DNA of 64,000 bases from Lama glama (Eukaryota): positions 79,052,001-79,116,000 of the forward strand of contig CM052817.1 in the NCBI GenBank assembly GCA_028534125.1, given 5' to 3'. Made by a program: the position numbers and the translations under genes. This document shows, piece after piece, positions 1 to 13,859 of the stretch. Numbering within the stretch: the first letter of the stretch is position 1; each line of letters begins with the position of its first letter. The notes under the pieces are model-generated. The model worked only from the letters and a program-made list of their open reading frames with translations. It was not told where the DNA came from and ran no database searches.

Positions 1-200
1 AAGGTTTCCAGGGGTTGAGTGAAGAGGGGAATGAGAAGTTACTATTTAATACGTACAGAAATTCTGTTTGGGCTGATGCAGAGCCCTGGAAATGGATAGA
101 GGTGATGGCTGTACCACACTGTGAATGTACTTAATGCTACTGAATTATATACCTTAAAATGGTTAAAATGGTAACTTTTATATTATGTGTTTTAAAAAAC
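1..200 (+). mobile_element. L1MB-like LINE-1 3' end
   Basis: Typical 3'UTR: ...GTGAATGTACTTAATGCTACTGAATTATATACCTTAAAATGGTTAAAATGGTAACTTTTATATTATG. Confidence 0.75.
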
Positions 201-2429
201 TAGTTTTCATATGCATTAACCGTGAAACAAATAAAGCAGGTGGGAATTTCCAGAGTTAAAACAGTTCAAAACACCTACCCTGCAGGGACAATTATGGATT
301 AAATGAAATGTAAATCTTACGGATGAAAGTTACACAGTTAGAGTCTTACATGAGGTAGTATGCAGGGCACCTCGCTCAGTACCTGAAACACTGAGAGCAG
401 TTGTAAAAATCAGCCAAACATGTTAGGTAATAGAGTCAGCAGCAGCAGTAACTGCAGCTACGGTAATAGAAGTGTCAGATAATTTAAACTGGAGACAAGG
501 CAGAATCTGGATATTCAGAAACACAGGGGATTATTTTAAAAATGCCATTTGCCAGAAAATGACAAAATCAATGGGAATATCAGAGGTTGGCGAAAGAGCT
601 TTGCTACCACATGAAGTTCTAGCACAGAGCCCTTAGACTGCCCTGAACAGTGGGTTACCAGCCACATAAGATTGGTTTGCAGATTTCAAAACAAAAACAA
701 AAACTAAAAATCCTTGCTTACTGTGTATGCAAAACCCTTGCCCTAACTTGACTAAAAGTTCTCAGAGAACCTATTTGTATTATAGTGAATTGAAAACAGA
801 AAGAGAGACACTAAGTTACAACTGAAACAAACCACCACTGAACAATATACCCTAAGTAACAGAAATTCCATATGCTGGTCTGGTGCTTCCTGACTGAGCA
901 AAATAATGTATGGAGATGAGTTAATGGTAACCCATACGAAACCCCAAAACAAGTCAGTACCCATATAGGCCAGTCCTTGCATAAAGTCACAGACAGAGAA
1001 GCACAGTTCAGAAACCAGAAGCATATTCAACAGAACTCACATCTTTACACACATCCAAGAACACGAAGCGATGCTGAACTTACAACTCCCAATAATGCTT
1101 CTCAAATACCCATTTCCTCCTCTCTCCAAATCTCTCATTCCACAGAGGCTCCACCCACCACCTTTCATAACCAAACCTCAACACGTGTTCTAATCTCTGC
1201 CTGTGTGTCTCTTTTCAAAATCTCTGCCACTTTCCTTGGTTCTTTCAGAGACTCCAATTGTTTTCCCATCCCTCCATTTTCCTGATTCTGCTTCAGAGTC
1301 TAGCTGGTACAGACACAACCCTTCAGGAGAGCTGGCAGGAAAAGGTAAGGAGGAAGGCAGGCTAGAAGCATAAACTGTCAATCTCCCTATCACATGCTCA
1401 GTTTTCAGTTATAATTTTAAAGATGAGTCAGAAAACTGGCAGACCAAATCTGGTAACTGCTACCCACGTGCTTAGGTCCCTTTTAGTTCAAGTTCCATGG
1501 ATGTAGCAGTCAGGGTTCATCTTCGTGCTCCAGCCACGATAGCATCTAGCAGGCCTGACATATAAGAGCTATGAAATAAAGACCTACTAGTTGATACGAC
1601 AATTCGAGGCTAAGAAAGAAATTTCCTAAAACAGAACAGCCTCAGGGGTTCTGACCTAGTCTGTTCGTTAACAGCTTGAAGAGTGTCAGCTCCTGCCTTT
1701 CCTAGACTCTGTAAACTCCTACCCATAAACACAATATGAGAACGTCTAAATCCTCAGCACATCAATGACTGGGGGACTGGAATAGTTTTGTTGGCATAGT
1801 CTATGTCATGGGGTAAACTGGGAGTAAGCCTCAATCACAGGCTCCCCTCCCCGTCCTCAGGTTGACCTGCTCTGTATACTTACCATCGTGCACGCTTTGG
1901 TTCTCTTGTTTTAACAATGCTGATCAAGGTAAAGTAAATATAAAAAAACTTTGTCCTTGAGTTTCAAACAACAGTGTTCAGTTAGCATGGCTTCTCAGAA
2001 GCAACAGATGTTATTTTATTCTACTGGTTCTAAAAGATCAAAAACAAAAACAATGTTCAGCGGTACATCAGATTAGCGTGTTTCTTCTTTGACCTAAGTC
2101 AGCATAGACCCAACTCTAATTCAGTTCTTTTTGAATGATTCCGTTTGGAAAATCTGGAAGATTGACAAGAAAGACCAACTGTATCAATTAAAATTCTCCT
2201 TTGCTTGGAAACCAGGTGATAATGAACAGCACATATCTCCAAGGGGCTGACAACAGGAAGATGCATGTACAAAGAATAAATGGTTTGAGTAATATAAATT
2301 CACAAGGACTGTTCAATTAAGGTCTCTGATTTTTTTTTAAGACATCTATCTCAGTGTTAAAATTAGTGAATATGGTATTGGTTTTTATGTACTGCTTTAT
2401 GGCTCTTTGTAAGGAGACAAAAAAAATCA

Positions 2430-3330
2430 CATACATTACTTTAACAGAGGGTTTAGCATAAAGAATTAAATTAGAAGAATTTTGTTTTAACTAAAAAACA
2501 AGAGCCTCAAAAAAGTTAAAGAACAATAAGGTGTCATGAAACTAACAACTACTGGAAGCAGCTACCACCCCTAGGGTTAGGACAACCAAAGGAAGAAGTC
2601 AGAACTATTAAAATTAGAACTTTGAACGAGGAGCTCCACGTAGCTGATACTCAGATCTCTGGAAAAGGGATGTTTGTCAGCTGGAGCAGGTGTCTCTTAG
2701 TTTGGAGGAGGGTCCCCATGGAGCAAGGCTTCAGACTTCTCAGAAGGGATGCTTAATGACAGCTCCCAGTGTCCTGAAGGGGCACAATGAGACCTAATTC
2801 TGCAAAAGTGGGAAAATCTGCAAACTGGATTCAGTTGCTTCCATAAGAATGGAGTGCCACTGTCAGACTGCAGAAACGAGCTGGTTGTGATACTGATAGG
2901 AACCAGAACTAACAAAAAAAGGGGAAGAACCTCCTTTCTTCTTTCTCCTTCAGCTTTGTAGTTCTCTCTAGTGCCCCCTTTGTCAGGATCTAACAGAGAG
3001 CCAGCTGGCAAAGAAATCCTGTTTGCAGAATTCAGCCCTAATATCGCTGAGCAGAGTATGAAGGGTGGATTTGGACCTGAGACCCAGTAGCTGAATCACT
3101 GGTGAAATCTACCCCTTTGGCTACTCAGCATCCATTCACACTTGTTCTACAAATATTTGAACGTTCATACAGCAACAAAAAGAACTCCGTATTTGTCCCT
3201 AATATGACAGAAATATCCTTTAGACAAATGAAGGCATTATCATCCTCTCCCCAAAATATGGAGGTGCAAAGTCCCAACTATCATTGTATCCCTCTCTGAG
3301 TTATGTTAATTACACCTCAAATTCAGTCAC
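2430..3330. mobile_element. Ancient ERVL-type LTR (LTR82-like) with adjoining internal sequence
   Basis: Resembles recalled consensus motifs (GGAAGCAGCTACCACCCCTAGGG; AAGGGTGGATTTGGA...CCCCTTTGGCTACTCAGCATCC); family and bounds uncertain. Confidence 0.4.
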
Positions 3331-4310
3331 AGCCTCATGTAAATAGTCTGTTATCCAAAGAATAAAGTTTACCTCTAAAAAATTTGCATAAGATTCTACA
3401 TAAAAGGGAAATAAAGCAAAGTGTCTATGTATATGTATACACATATACCAAGAAAGAAGATATTTATACAGCTGCTGCTAACCTCACTTCTGTAATGCAG
3501 CGTTGATTGCTATTTATAACCCCTTGACCCTACACCTCATTTGTTTTCTTTGTCTTCAGTCAGGGGCTCAGCTAGTCAGGATTTCCTATCTTCCAGAGGG
3601 AACAAAAATTTCATTGCTGAAGGCAATAATAGGTAATAAACATTCAGATATGATACATGTTACCTCCAAAATCTAAAAAGGCCTACCTAGCACTCACTGT
3701 GCCTCTTTTTGTTACTTGGTGATACAAGGTGCAGCAACTTGCCCTTCACCCTTGTGGTGGTATCTCAGAAATTCTGCTGAGCTGATTTAGTGGGTCTCAA
3801 AATTTTCGTTGGTTTATAACTCACTCTTTCTTTCGCTTATGGCTTACTAAGGCATCTAAATAACTTGCCATTTCCTGCTCATCAGAGATAATAAGCATAG
3901 TATCAATGTATCACCTCCACCATCACTGGAGAAATGTGATGCTGTTTAAAATGTCAAGATGATCTCTGTGGAAGATATTATGATGGAAAATAAGAAAATT
4001 AACATAGCCCTGAGGTAGAACTGCAAAAGTGTATTACAGGTCCTACTGGGCAAAAGCAAGCTACGTTTGTGATTCTTGCAAATTAATATGGAGGGGAAAC
4101 AAAGCATTTTCCAGGTCAATAGCTACACACCAGGCACCAGGGTCAATGTTGATTTGGTTCAGTGAAGATGCCACATATTGAGCACAGCAGTTGCAAATGA
4201 AGTCAACAACCGATTAAATGTATGATATTCCAGAGTTATTCTCCAAGATCCAAACAAGCAAATTAAATAGACATCATTCGTATCATTATACCTGCATCTT
4301 CCGAGCTTGT

Positions 4311-4434
4311 TTAAAAATAAATTGGGGGGAGAGGTAATTAGGTTTATTTATTTTTTTAATGGAGGTACTGGGGATTGAACCCAGGACCTTGTGTATGCTA
4401 AGCATGTGCTCTACCACTGGGCAATACCCTCCCC
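4311..4434 (-). mobile_element. Camelid tRNA-derived SINE (Vic-1 type)
   Basis: Reverse complement of GGGGAGGGTATtGCcCAGTGGTAGAGC...GGTTCAATCCCCAGTACCTCC with AAACCTAATTACCTCTCCCCCC tail; pol III A/B boxes. Confidence 0.85.
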
Positions 4435-5002
4435 TCCAAGTCTTTGAAAGTGCCAATAATCCCTGCAATTTCTCCAGATGTGTAGTATTACTTTTGTTTA
4501 CCATCCTGGCAGGAAGGGGAAGTCCTAGGGGCAATCGTGCAGTCCTTCCTACTTAATATCTTTACTTCACAAGTCAGAAAAGCTGTGTGATGATTCCTCA
4601 AGGATGCCTATTCAAATCAAACAGTAATTTAGGAAATAACAACAGGAGTCTGCAGAACTACTGAGCCCACAGTAATTCACATTTGGGCCAAAACCCCCTA
4701 TATATCACTTGACAACCATACACTCTCCTTTGACTAGAGGACCAAAACACTGGTGGTATTTTGGTTCCCCTGTATTTAGCATCAATTCAGAGCCAATGTT
4801 TAGTAATCCTACAAAAATCTGGTTATTTCCTTTTTCCCAGTGTTTATTCACTCTAGTAAAATGCGGCAGTTCCCTCTGGAGAAAACTTGGAGGATGATTC
4901 TCAGTACATGTCTAAAAATTTTTCTGACATGAGTTTATAGCTCAAATATAAGAGCATTTTTGGTAAAAGCATTTATGGTAGAGCAAGATAATGATGAAAT
5001 AT

Positions 5003-6340
5003 TCATTTCCTTCCATTCAATAATTCACTAAAAAAATTAAGTGTCTGAGAACTTGTTAAAGCTGACAGACATTTAAAAAAAGTTTCCTTAAGGATCTTAC
5101 AATTTAGTGAACAGAAAAAGGAACTAATCACATATTTCAGATAATTTCAGATTGTGATAAATTCAACGAAAGGAATAAACGAGGCAATGTAAGAGACACA
5201 TCAGGAGATTTTCGGGGTGTCAGAGCAGATAAAATGGTTGACACGGGCCAATCTAAAAATGGGGCGTTGAGGTTAAAACCGGAAGAAAGCAGTGGAACCA
5301 GCCATGACAAGAACTGGAGAATGAGCTCCCAGGCAGAAAGACCAAGTCTGGTGCTCCAGGCCCTGAGTGGGACGAACCTGAAGCTCTGTGAGCCGAACGC
5401 AGAGCGGTGTGAGACGAGGGTGGATGGACAAGCCGAAGCCAACATGCAGGTCTTTAGAAGGAAGGAAATTTGTGCAGTAATTCTGCCATACTACAACATC
5501 TGTGTTTCTAAAAACCACAATGCTGTGCAAAATCCCAGTAAAACCCACAAGGCCTAAGGGGAAACACAGGGCTGACGACAAAATCTCAAAAAATGTGTCA
5601 CACTTTAAAAAATGATAGAAACCTAATAAAACAGCATATTTTGCATATTTTCAATAAGTACAAAGATACTACAATAACTATGCCACTCTACCTTGAAAAA
5701 GACCTTAAGTTTGCTGGTGGAAGCAGCGGGCGTCCGTCCGTCCGTCCGGAAACTCACAGACCCACAGTGCGGCGTTCTTCCTGCAAGCGCAGAAACAGGG
5801 TTACCTGTAGCCCCGCCCAGAGTGGCAGCACCTGTTGCGCAGGGGCGTGGCTCCCAGCCCTCGGGGAGCTGGGGTGGCTGCTGGGTAAGCGAGGTGCGCG
5901 CACCTGTGCCCCATTTACTGGGTGCAGCGCCTGCATTCACCTGGTAGTTTTCACAACAAGCGAGCGTGAAACTCACATTATGCTCAAATTGTTCCTTCAC
6001 ACAGCTGTCACTTCTTCAAAGCAAGCAATGTGGTAGAACTGTAGAACTGACTGTATTTTATTCTAGTTGTAGGGGAAGCCATTGGAAGGTTTTTAAATAG
6101 CAAAGTGGTATGACGTCCTTGTGTTTTAAAAGATCACCCTGGTCGGCTGGTCGGCGGAAAATGATTACAGATGAGTAAAAGTGCTATTTACTGTGTTAGA
6201 AAAGACTGAGAGAGGAGCAGGTTTGGAGGTAAGTGGTCTAGTGGGAACAAAAAGCAGGCAGATGGATCTATGCTTTCAACCTCAGTGAAAAGGTCAGAGC
6301 TAGAGATATAACTGGCACCTGAGAGCATTTATGTAATGAC
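5003..6340. mobile_element. L2 LINE relic interrupted by Tigger13a
   Basis: CATTCAATAATTCACT...; GGGGAAGCCATTGGAAGGTTTTTAA...TTTTAAAAGATCACCCTGG on either side of the DNA transposon. Confidence 0.6.
5475..6053. mobile_element. Tigger13a-like TcMar DNA transposon
   Basis: Inverted termini CAGTAATTCTGCCATA... / ...TAGAACTGACTG then TA; internal CTACCTTGAAAAAGACCT..AGTTTGCT.GTGGAAG and TTATGCTCAAATTGTTCC match the recalled consensus. Confidence 0.75.
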
Positions 6341-6659
6341 ACTACATGAGACAAGCTAGGAGGTTAGGGGCTCTGGGCCTCTCTCATCACTTTAAGTATG
6401 AATTTGAGATCCTATGTAGTTCCAATTTTCTTGTTCTGACTGGGTACCTGAGGATTCTACATATGGCCACACCATGGAAGGGGGCGGGAGAAAGAGAGAG
6501 AGAAGAAGAAAGAAGAAAGAGAGAGGGAAGGAGAGAGAAAGAAAGAAGAAGGAAGGGAGAACACTGGAGAGAGAAAGAGAGAGCGTTGTAAGATGATCCA
6601 GGTCTTTAATCTACAATGCACTTAGGAAACCAAGCTGCAGCAAAGGCAAAACTACATTA

Positions 6660-6860
6660 CAGTTGGCCCTTGAATAACACGGGTTTAAACTGCGTGAGTC
6701 CACTTATATGCAGATTTTTTCAATAGTAAATATTACAGTACTGCTTGACTTGTTTGGATTCATGGTGAAGGCTCCTGCTGGCTGACTATAAATTATCTGT
6801 GAATTTTCCACTGCACAGATGGTCAGCGCCCCTTCCCCCACTGTTGTTCAAGGGTCAATG
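6660..6860. mobile_element. Tigger2a-derived MITE
   Basis: TIRs CAGTTGGCCCTTGAATAACAC ... TGTTGTTCAAGGGTCAA; TA at the left flank. Confidence 0.8.
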
Positions 6861-7384
6861 CATCTACTACACCTTCTTTTTTCTGCACACAGTTCTTTAA
6901 CCCATTATTCAATCTGAAATATTTTGTGGGTTTGGGGATAGAAAGAGAAGTAAACACTGTTGTAAACTCTCTACATATATATATATATATATTTAGTGAA
7001 CACAGGTGAATTTTTTTGTCTTAAAAGTTTTTCTCATACATTTGTCTACCCCTAAAGTATATTTAAGTATTAAAAGTTTCTAAAAGAATCAAGAGCCAGT
7101 TCCCTCAAAAGTAAGTTGGTAAAACAGACCACTGTCTTCCCAAGATAAGAGCTCAATAAAATATAAATATAGTAATTTCATAAATGGTTTCAGAAAGTCT
7201 ACCCTGTCACTGATACTGTCACATTCAAATGACCATTGATTTCAACAACCATTAGCACCACCAGGCAGATAGCCCCCAACCAGGTCATGTGCCTGTACAT
7301 CTGCTCTGTCTCCAGTCCTGTCCCTATTACTGGTTTCATCTCACCCCAGCTTGCTCTTCTTCTTCCATTACTATGGCACTTAAA

Positions 7385-8065
7385 ATTTTTTAATTAATTT
7401 ATTTTTTACTAACTCTTTACTTTAGAATAGCACCAGTGTTACAAAGAATTGTAACAGAGGATTCCCATATATCCTGCACCCCTTTTCCCCTTTAATTAAT
7501 ATCTTATATTGGTTTGGTATATATGACACAACTAATGAACCAATCTTGATACATTATTAACCAGTGTCAATTCTCTATTCAGATTTCCTTAGTATTTACC
7601 TCTTAACCTTTGTCTGTTTCCAGTATTTCACCAGGATACCACGTTATATTTAGTTGCCATGTCTCCCCAGATTCCTCTTGACTGTGATAGTTTCTCAGAC
7701 TTCCCTTGTTTTTGAGGACGTTGACAAATTTGACAGGTTGATGGTCAGATATTTTATAGGATACCCCTCCTCTGGAAGCTCTCCAATGCTTTTCTCATGA
7801 TTGGCGGTACAGGTTTTGAGGAGCAAGACCATAGGAGGAAAATGCCGTTCTCATCCCATCATATCAAGAGGACCTAGTGTCAACATGACTTAGCGCTGTT
7901 GAGGGTGACCTTGATTACCTGGCTGAGGCAGTGTTTGTCATGTGTTTCTCCACTGTAAAATTCCTTTGTCCCTTCTTTCCATACTCTGCTCTTCGGAAGG
8001 CCATCACTCAGTGTAGCTCACACATAAGGAATAGGGAATTATGTTCTACCTCCATGAGGAGAGAG
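7385..8065 (-). mobile_element. L1MC-like LINE-1 3' UTR
   Basis: CCAGGATACCACGTTATATTTAGTTGCCATGTCTCC; GACCTTGATTACCTGGCTGAGGCAGTGTTTGTCA. Confidence 0.7.
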
Positions 8066-8658
8066 CAAAGTGGTACTCTTTGAACATGCTCACCAGTCTT
8101 TTCTAATACCCTGCCCCTGCAGAGTATTAGAATTTAGTATTTTTACCCTAGTTAGAAATTAGTATTTTCACCCTAGAAAGGGGTAAAATTACATCTTTCT
8201 CTGAGACTCAGGCAGTTAAGAAGAGCACTGGTTGGAAAAAGGCAGCTGCATGTTGCCCTGGAAGAGCAATGCCCGGGACAAGACAAGCCCCCTTAGACTG
8301 TTACATCACTAATGTCAGCATCACTAAGGGCAAATGCATTACATTTTCAGACAGGTTCCCTGCATCTGATCTGCAGACTTCCTTTCCCTACAGCTGGAAC
8401 CATTGGGATCAGACAGCAGAATGCATAGAGGATTAACACTGAACATTTAAAAAGCAAAATTACAGTTGGCAAGAGTTGGGAGATGAAAAGGGGGTAGGAG
8501 AGATGAAGGGTAGAGTCTCTGCTACCCTAACCTCTCCCTGTAAGGGGTCTAGAGAATCTTCCCATTGTTGTTAGAACAAGAAATGAAAATGTAAATATAT
8601 TATTTAAGTTACATAGGTAACCATGAGAGGAACTCAGAAGAGCACCGTAAGGATGCTG

Positions 8659-8826
8659 GGGCAGGGGGATGGTATAGCTCAGAGGTATCGTGTGTGCTTA
8701 GCATGCATGATGTCCTAGGTTCAGTCCCCACTACCTCCATTAAAAAAAAACTAAATTAAAAAATAAGTAAACCTAATTACCTCCCCCCAAAACAAACAAA
8801 CAACCAGCAAAAAAAAAGAGAAAAAA
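8659..8826 (+). mobile_element. Vic-1 type SINE with 10-bp TSD
   Basis: tRNA-like head, A-rich tail, TSD AAGGATGCTG at 8649-8658 and 8827-8836. Confidence 0.9.
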
Positions 8827-8894
8827 AAGGATGCTGAGAGAAGAGGGAAGAGAAGATGAAAGGAAAGTAGAATAAATGAGCTTTGCCACCATTT

Positions 8895-9385
8895 ATTATG
8901 AAATAATATGAAATATTATTCACCCACAAAAAAGGAAGGCAATCCTGCCATTGGTATCAACATGGATGGACCTCAAGGGCATTATGCTAAGTGAAATAAG
9001 TCAGACAGAGAAAGACAAATACTGCATGATCTCACTTACATGTAGAGTTAAAAAAAAAAAAGTGGGGAGGGAGAATTGGATGGTTGTCAAAAGGTCCAAA
9101 CTTCCAGCTAAAGGATAATAACTACTAGGGATGTAATGTACAATATGATGACTGTACAACACTGATAAATGGTGTATATGAAAACTGTTAAGAGTAAATT
9201 CTAAGAGTTCTCATTACAAGGAAAAAAACATTCTTCTCTTTTTCTGTGTCTATATGAGACAGTGGATGTTAACAAACTGACTGTGGTAGTCATTTCACAA
9301 TATGTATAAGTCAAACCACTATGCTGTATACCTTAAACTTCTCAGTGCTGTATGTCAGTTCTATCTCAATAAAATTTGGGGGGAA
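8895..9385 (+). mobile_element. L1MA9/10-like 5'-truncated LINE-1
   Basis: ATGCTAAGTGAAATAAGTCAGACAGAGAAAGACAAATACTGCATGATCTCACTTA ... TATCTCAATAAAATTTGGGGG. Confidence 0.8.
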
Positions 9386-12300
9386 AAGGATACAGTCTCT
9401 TTACTGTACTACCTCTTTGTCTCTTAGCAGATCACCTGCAGACATGCTCATCCTCGTGGGGTCAACTGAGTCTCAGCCCCTGTGTTGGCGTCCAAGTCCT
9501 GCACAGCTGCTCACTGCAGCCCACCTCCTGCATCTGGATTCGGGTTCTAGGTCCTTGAGTCTGCTCACTTCTGCATGATTTACTGGATCTTGTCTGGTAA
9601 AATTCTAAGATCTGATAGTGTTCATTATTGTTTTTAAAGTTTTAACTTTCTGCCTCCAAAATATAATGTTCTATTATGTTCATCAGAGATTTATCCCCAA
9701 CTCTAGCTATTTCTTCTCATCTCAAACAAGATATGTGTCATGCACTTAGTTCAGTCAGTACAGTTAAGACAGAAATTGAATAGATTTCTGTGCTTCCTTT
9801 TCTGTCTTTCTTATATGACTCATGTTCTAAAATCTAGTATCTGGTCTAAACATTGTAAACCCTATATAATCTTTGACCAACCAACCTGTAATAACTAAAG
9901 CGTGATCAGGCTCAAAACCAAGGTCAGAGATTCAGTTGACTGAGGTCATATAAGACCTGGTTAAATAATTGTCTGGGAGAAGTCCTTCCACACTCTCTCA
10001 CTTCCCAAGTGATGTATCTTGACCTTTTGCATAAATGATTATTCTGCCACCACTTTTTCTTTTTCTTACACCACTTGATAAAAATAGCTTTCAATCTTCA
10101 GTACATAGTGAGTGATAACACCTTGACATAAAACCATCACACACTCAAGATTCTTTCTGTGTTCTGGCTAATATAGTCTATCACTTTAAAAGTCTATTAT
10201 ATTATCAATGAAATAAAAATGAGAGGTAAATGTATGTAGAGAATATATTTTTCAGCATTATTAATGAAAAATTGGAAACAATTTAATCATCCTGTATAGT
10301 TAAATTATGATATAGTCATATGATGGAATACCATGTAGATGTTGAAAAACATACAGTCAAAATATATTTACTGACTGGAAGGAAGTGGAAAAGTGAAAAA
10401 AAAATAGAGTTATGAAACATTTTGTAAACTGTGATTCCCATTTTGGTAAAAAATATATGTGCACTCTTATAAAGAATTCAAGAAAGGCATAGTCTTTGAA
10501 CATAATACAAAATATTAATCACGGTTATCACTGGGATTACTAATGACTTGTATCTCTTCTGTCATATCCATATTTTCTAATTTTTCTATGAACATGTACT
10601 AATTATATAATGATACCTTTAACTATACTCTGAATTTAACACATCAAATGATAGTGTTTTCTTGTCATCTGTGGACTATAATAGTTTGTATTTTTAATTC
10701 TAGTCCCATCCTTAGTTATAATTAAGTTGCATTCACTTCAAAATTAAGGACTCACATATTCAGGAAAACAAGAGTCAGGTTAAATATATAACATCTTGTA
10801 AAACTTCACATTGGGAAATACTGTAAATGGCTATTTCAAAAGGAGAGTGTTGTGCACTAAAACGTTAACAGTGGTTAGCTCTGTCATTGTTTTGAGTAAC
10901 TTCTTTTGGTTTCCCTTTTTTATCTTATTTTTCAAAATATGCTACCCTTCAAATGTTTTTAAAAGCAGAAGACAATGAAAAGTTATTCATACTATAATGT
11001 GCCATTATTCCATGGAATTCTGGAAATGCTAGAATAAACAGAGCAGCCCGGAACAAGGGGCTGGGCAGCCGGCCCTGTGCCCGCAGGGCACTCAGCCACA
11101 CACGGTTAACCGGCGCAGTGTGAAAGACCTGACAGTCAGTGCAGCTCAGCTGTAAACCACCTGACTGCAGGGACCATGTCTTAGACACCGTGTGCCCGCT
11201 GCGTGCTTTGCATAGAGTAGGGGTACAGTATTTGTCCTGAAAGAAATAAGAAAGATCTCAAGGCCCTTACTCAGAAGTTTCAGGACATTGACAGTCACTT
11301 ACGTCCACCCTTAGCAGAAATCACATATGTATTCACTCTTTCCCCCAAGTCTCACACATCTCAGTTAACTAGAGCCAGGATCCAGCCCCCGTAAGATGCC
11401 CCATCCCTACCCCTACCTCCATTCTGCCAGCATCTCCTGTAAACCCAGAGTTTCTCTGTTCCCTGCAAGACTCTGACTATCAGAGAGGGCTCAGCCCTCT
11501 TTAAGCTTTAAGCTTAAAGCTTTAAGCTTTTCCAAAGGATAAACCTCTTCTCAAGTTCCAGGCGTGACTTCAACAACCTGTGGATATAAATAGCTTTGTA
11601 AGTACCATGACGTCCTGTTTTTCCTCCTACCAGAAATATTTTTAGGATTGTGCTATTGTGAGACATATGCATCTTCTAGACAGACTAACAATATGGCACC
11701 CTTACAGAACTATATTTCACAAATATTTATTCAACATGTTTTAGTGGCAGTGGGATTAGTGCCAGCAAGGAATAATTTTTATGAAGCTGTCACTTATTTT
11801 CTTAATTTCTTCCTAAGGGAACTGCCTGTGTTAACAGAAATAAGATTTAGCAGTCTTTTGCAAATAATAGCCATTTTTTTAAACAAACCGATGACCTTTT
11901 TGGCATCCTCTACAACAGGTCAGACCACATGACCTCCATGTAAAAGATGTAGTTGGCATGAAGAAGAAATATCCTGAAATAAAACGGCAAGACAGGAAGG
12001 GTGCCTGATAAGAAAACTGCAGAGAAAGTAAATATTCAAAAACACTCATAATTCATGTGGAAAGAAGAAAAGATCAGAATTTACATTATAAAAACTTGAG
12101 AATGTAAGGGAAAGGACAACTATCACACATGGTCTCAAAGCACAGAGAAAAATGATAAAGAAATGAAAACCAAGGAGAATAGAGAAGAGAGATCTGACCT
12201 AAGGCTTCTATTTTTTCCTCAGGGAGAGACCAAAAAAATTAGAAAAATCAAACCTATAATTAAATAATCATCTAAATTTTAAAAAGAATCTTGGGGTCTC

Positions 12301-13859
12301 AGATTCAAACAGTTAGCCTCATTCCAGGGAAAGCCAACCAAAAGAAATTCATCGCAGACACAGCCTGGTAAAGTTTTTTAAATTAAAACAATCAAGAAAA
12401 AAAAACTTCTAAACTTCCAGGCGGGTAGAGGTGAAGGGAAAAGGGAAAGTAATACAGATTGGTCTCATTTTTTTTTAATTTCTTCTACAGTGCTAAATGA
12501 AAAAAGAAACATCTACAGCTTTCAAAAAAAAATTTTATAACCATGTTATTTTTCATGGGAAGATAACAAAATGACATTCACAGATATACATAGACTTGAA
12601 AAATATTTCACAAATATCCTTGCTCCAAAAACTCATTGAATATATACTGGCCAAGAATAAGATAAATCAAAATAATAAACACTAATATCAGGAAATCATA
12701 TATAATATAATTGGTAAGTCCTTGCTGAAATTTAATTCCAAATTAAGAAATTTAGTTGGATTATCTGTGCCCCAGAGGATTCTGCCCTCTGGAGTAAATC
12801 TTGATGCTTCTCTCTCTGAATTCCTCATCATTCATTTATTAAACAAATAATTTATAAACGCCTCTTTTGTGCCAAGCACTGTGTTGGACCCTAAGGATGT
12901 AGCGTTAAATCAGATAGTTGTAATCAGTTCCCTAAAAAAACCTGCAGTCGAGTGTTTCACTTCTGTTTCTTTCTCAGTAGAAAAGATCATTCTTAGGTCA
13001 TATCCTTTACCCTACATTAAGCAAGAACCTCTTCTCATATATGCTGGCCACTTAAAATAATGATAGGTGTGATTCCATTCCAGCAATTTTAGGATAGTTA
13101 AACTATTTTACAGTTTGGACACTGTGCCAGAAGAATTATTCTACAAAAGAGCTTTTGTTTCCCCACCACAAAGGCAGAATTGCACAGAGCAAAATAATAG
13201 TCATTTTCATTGCTAAGAAACCTAAATCATGATTTTCTCCCTCTTTAAAGATCATATTTAGTGAACAGTCATTTGAACCCTTCAACTGGAAAAAATGCAA
13301 ATATTATTTGTCCCCAAGCACATTTTCCTATTGCCTTCCAACCAAAACTCAGGGCATTTTCTCTGTTGGCTGTACCTTACAATGAACTCTTATAGCAAGT
13401 AAGCATGTGAAAGTGTTCACAGAGTTTATAGAGGGCCTTACCTGAACTTGGCTTCACTGCCTTCTCTTTTAGTATCCTTTCTTTCTCTCTCCCAAACCTG
13501 CATCTTAGGTAGTACAGATCTAAACAAATGAAATAGAAATACTAGAATAATACATAGCAGAGTGTTCCAATATTTACACATAATTAATAACACAGAAAGG
13601 TAAAGGTATTTTCAAAATCTAATTCAATTTCACAAATCCCTTTTCTTTTTAGAATAATTGGACTGACTTGCCCGAGTATTATTCATGCCGAAAATTTGGG
13701 TATATAAATTATGTCTAGCCTACCCAGGGTGAAATATTCTGCTGCCATTAAATGATATTTAATTAAACATTGATATTTATGTTAAATATTATATTGATAC
13801 AGAACTTACAACCATATGGAACTTCAGGAGACTGATCAGCCTGGTTGTGAGGGAAACTG

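Noticed and set aside
5593..6036. 147-aa and 125-aa overlapping ORFs
   Set aside because: Lie in a non-autonomous Tigger13a relic; open only because of local GC richness; no transposase motifs
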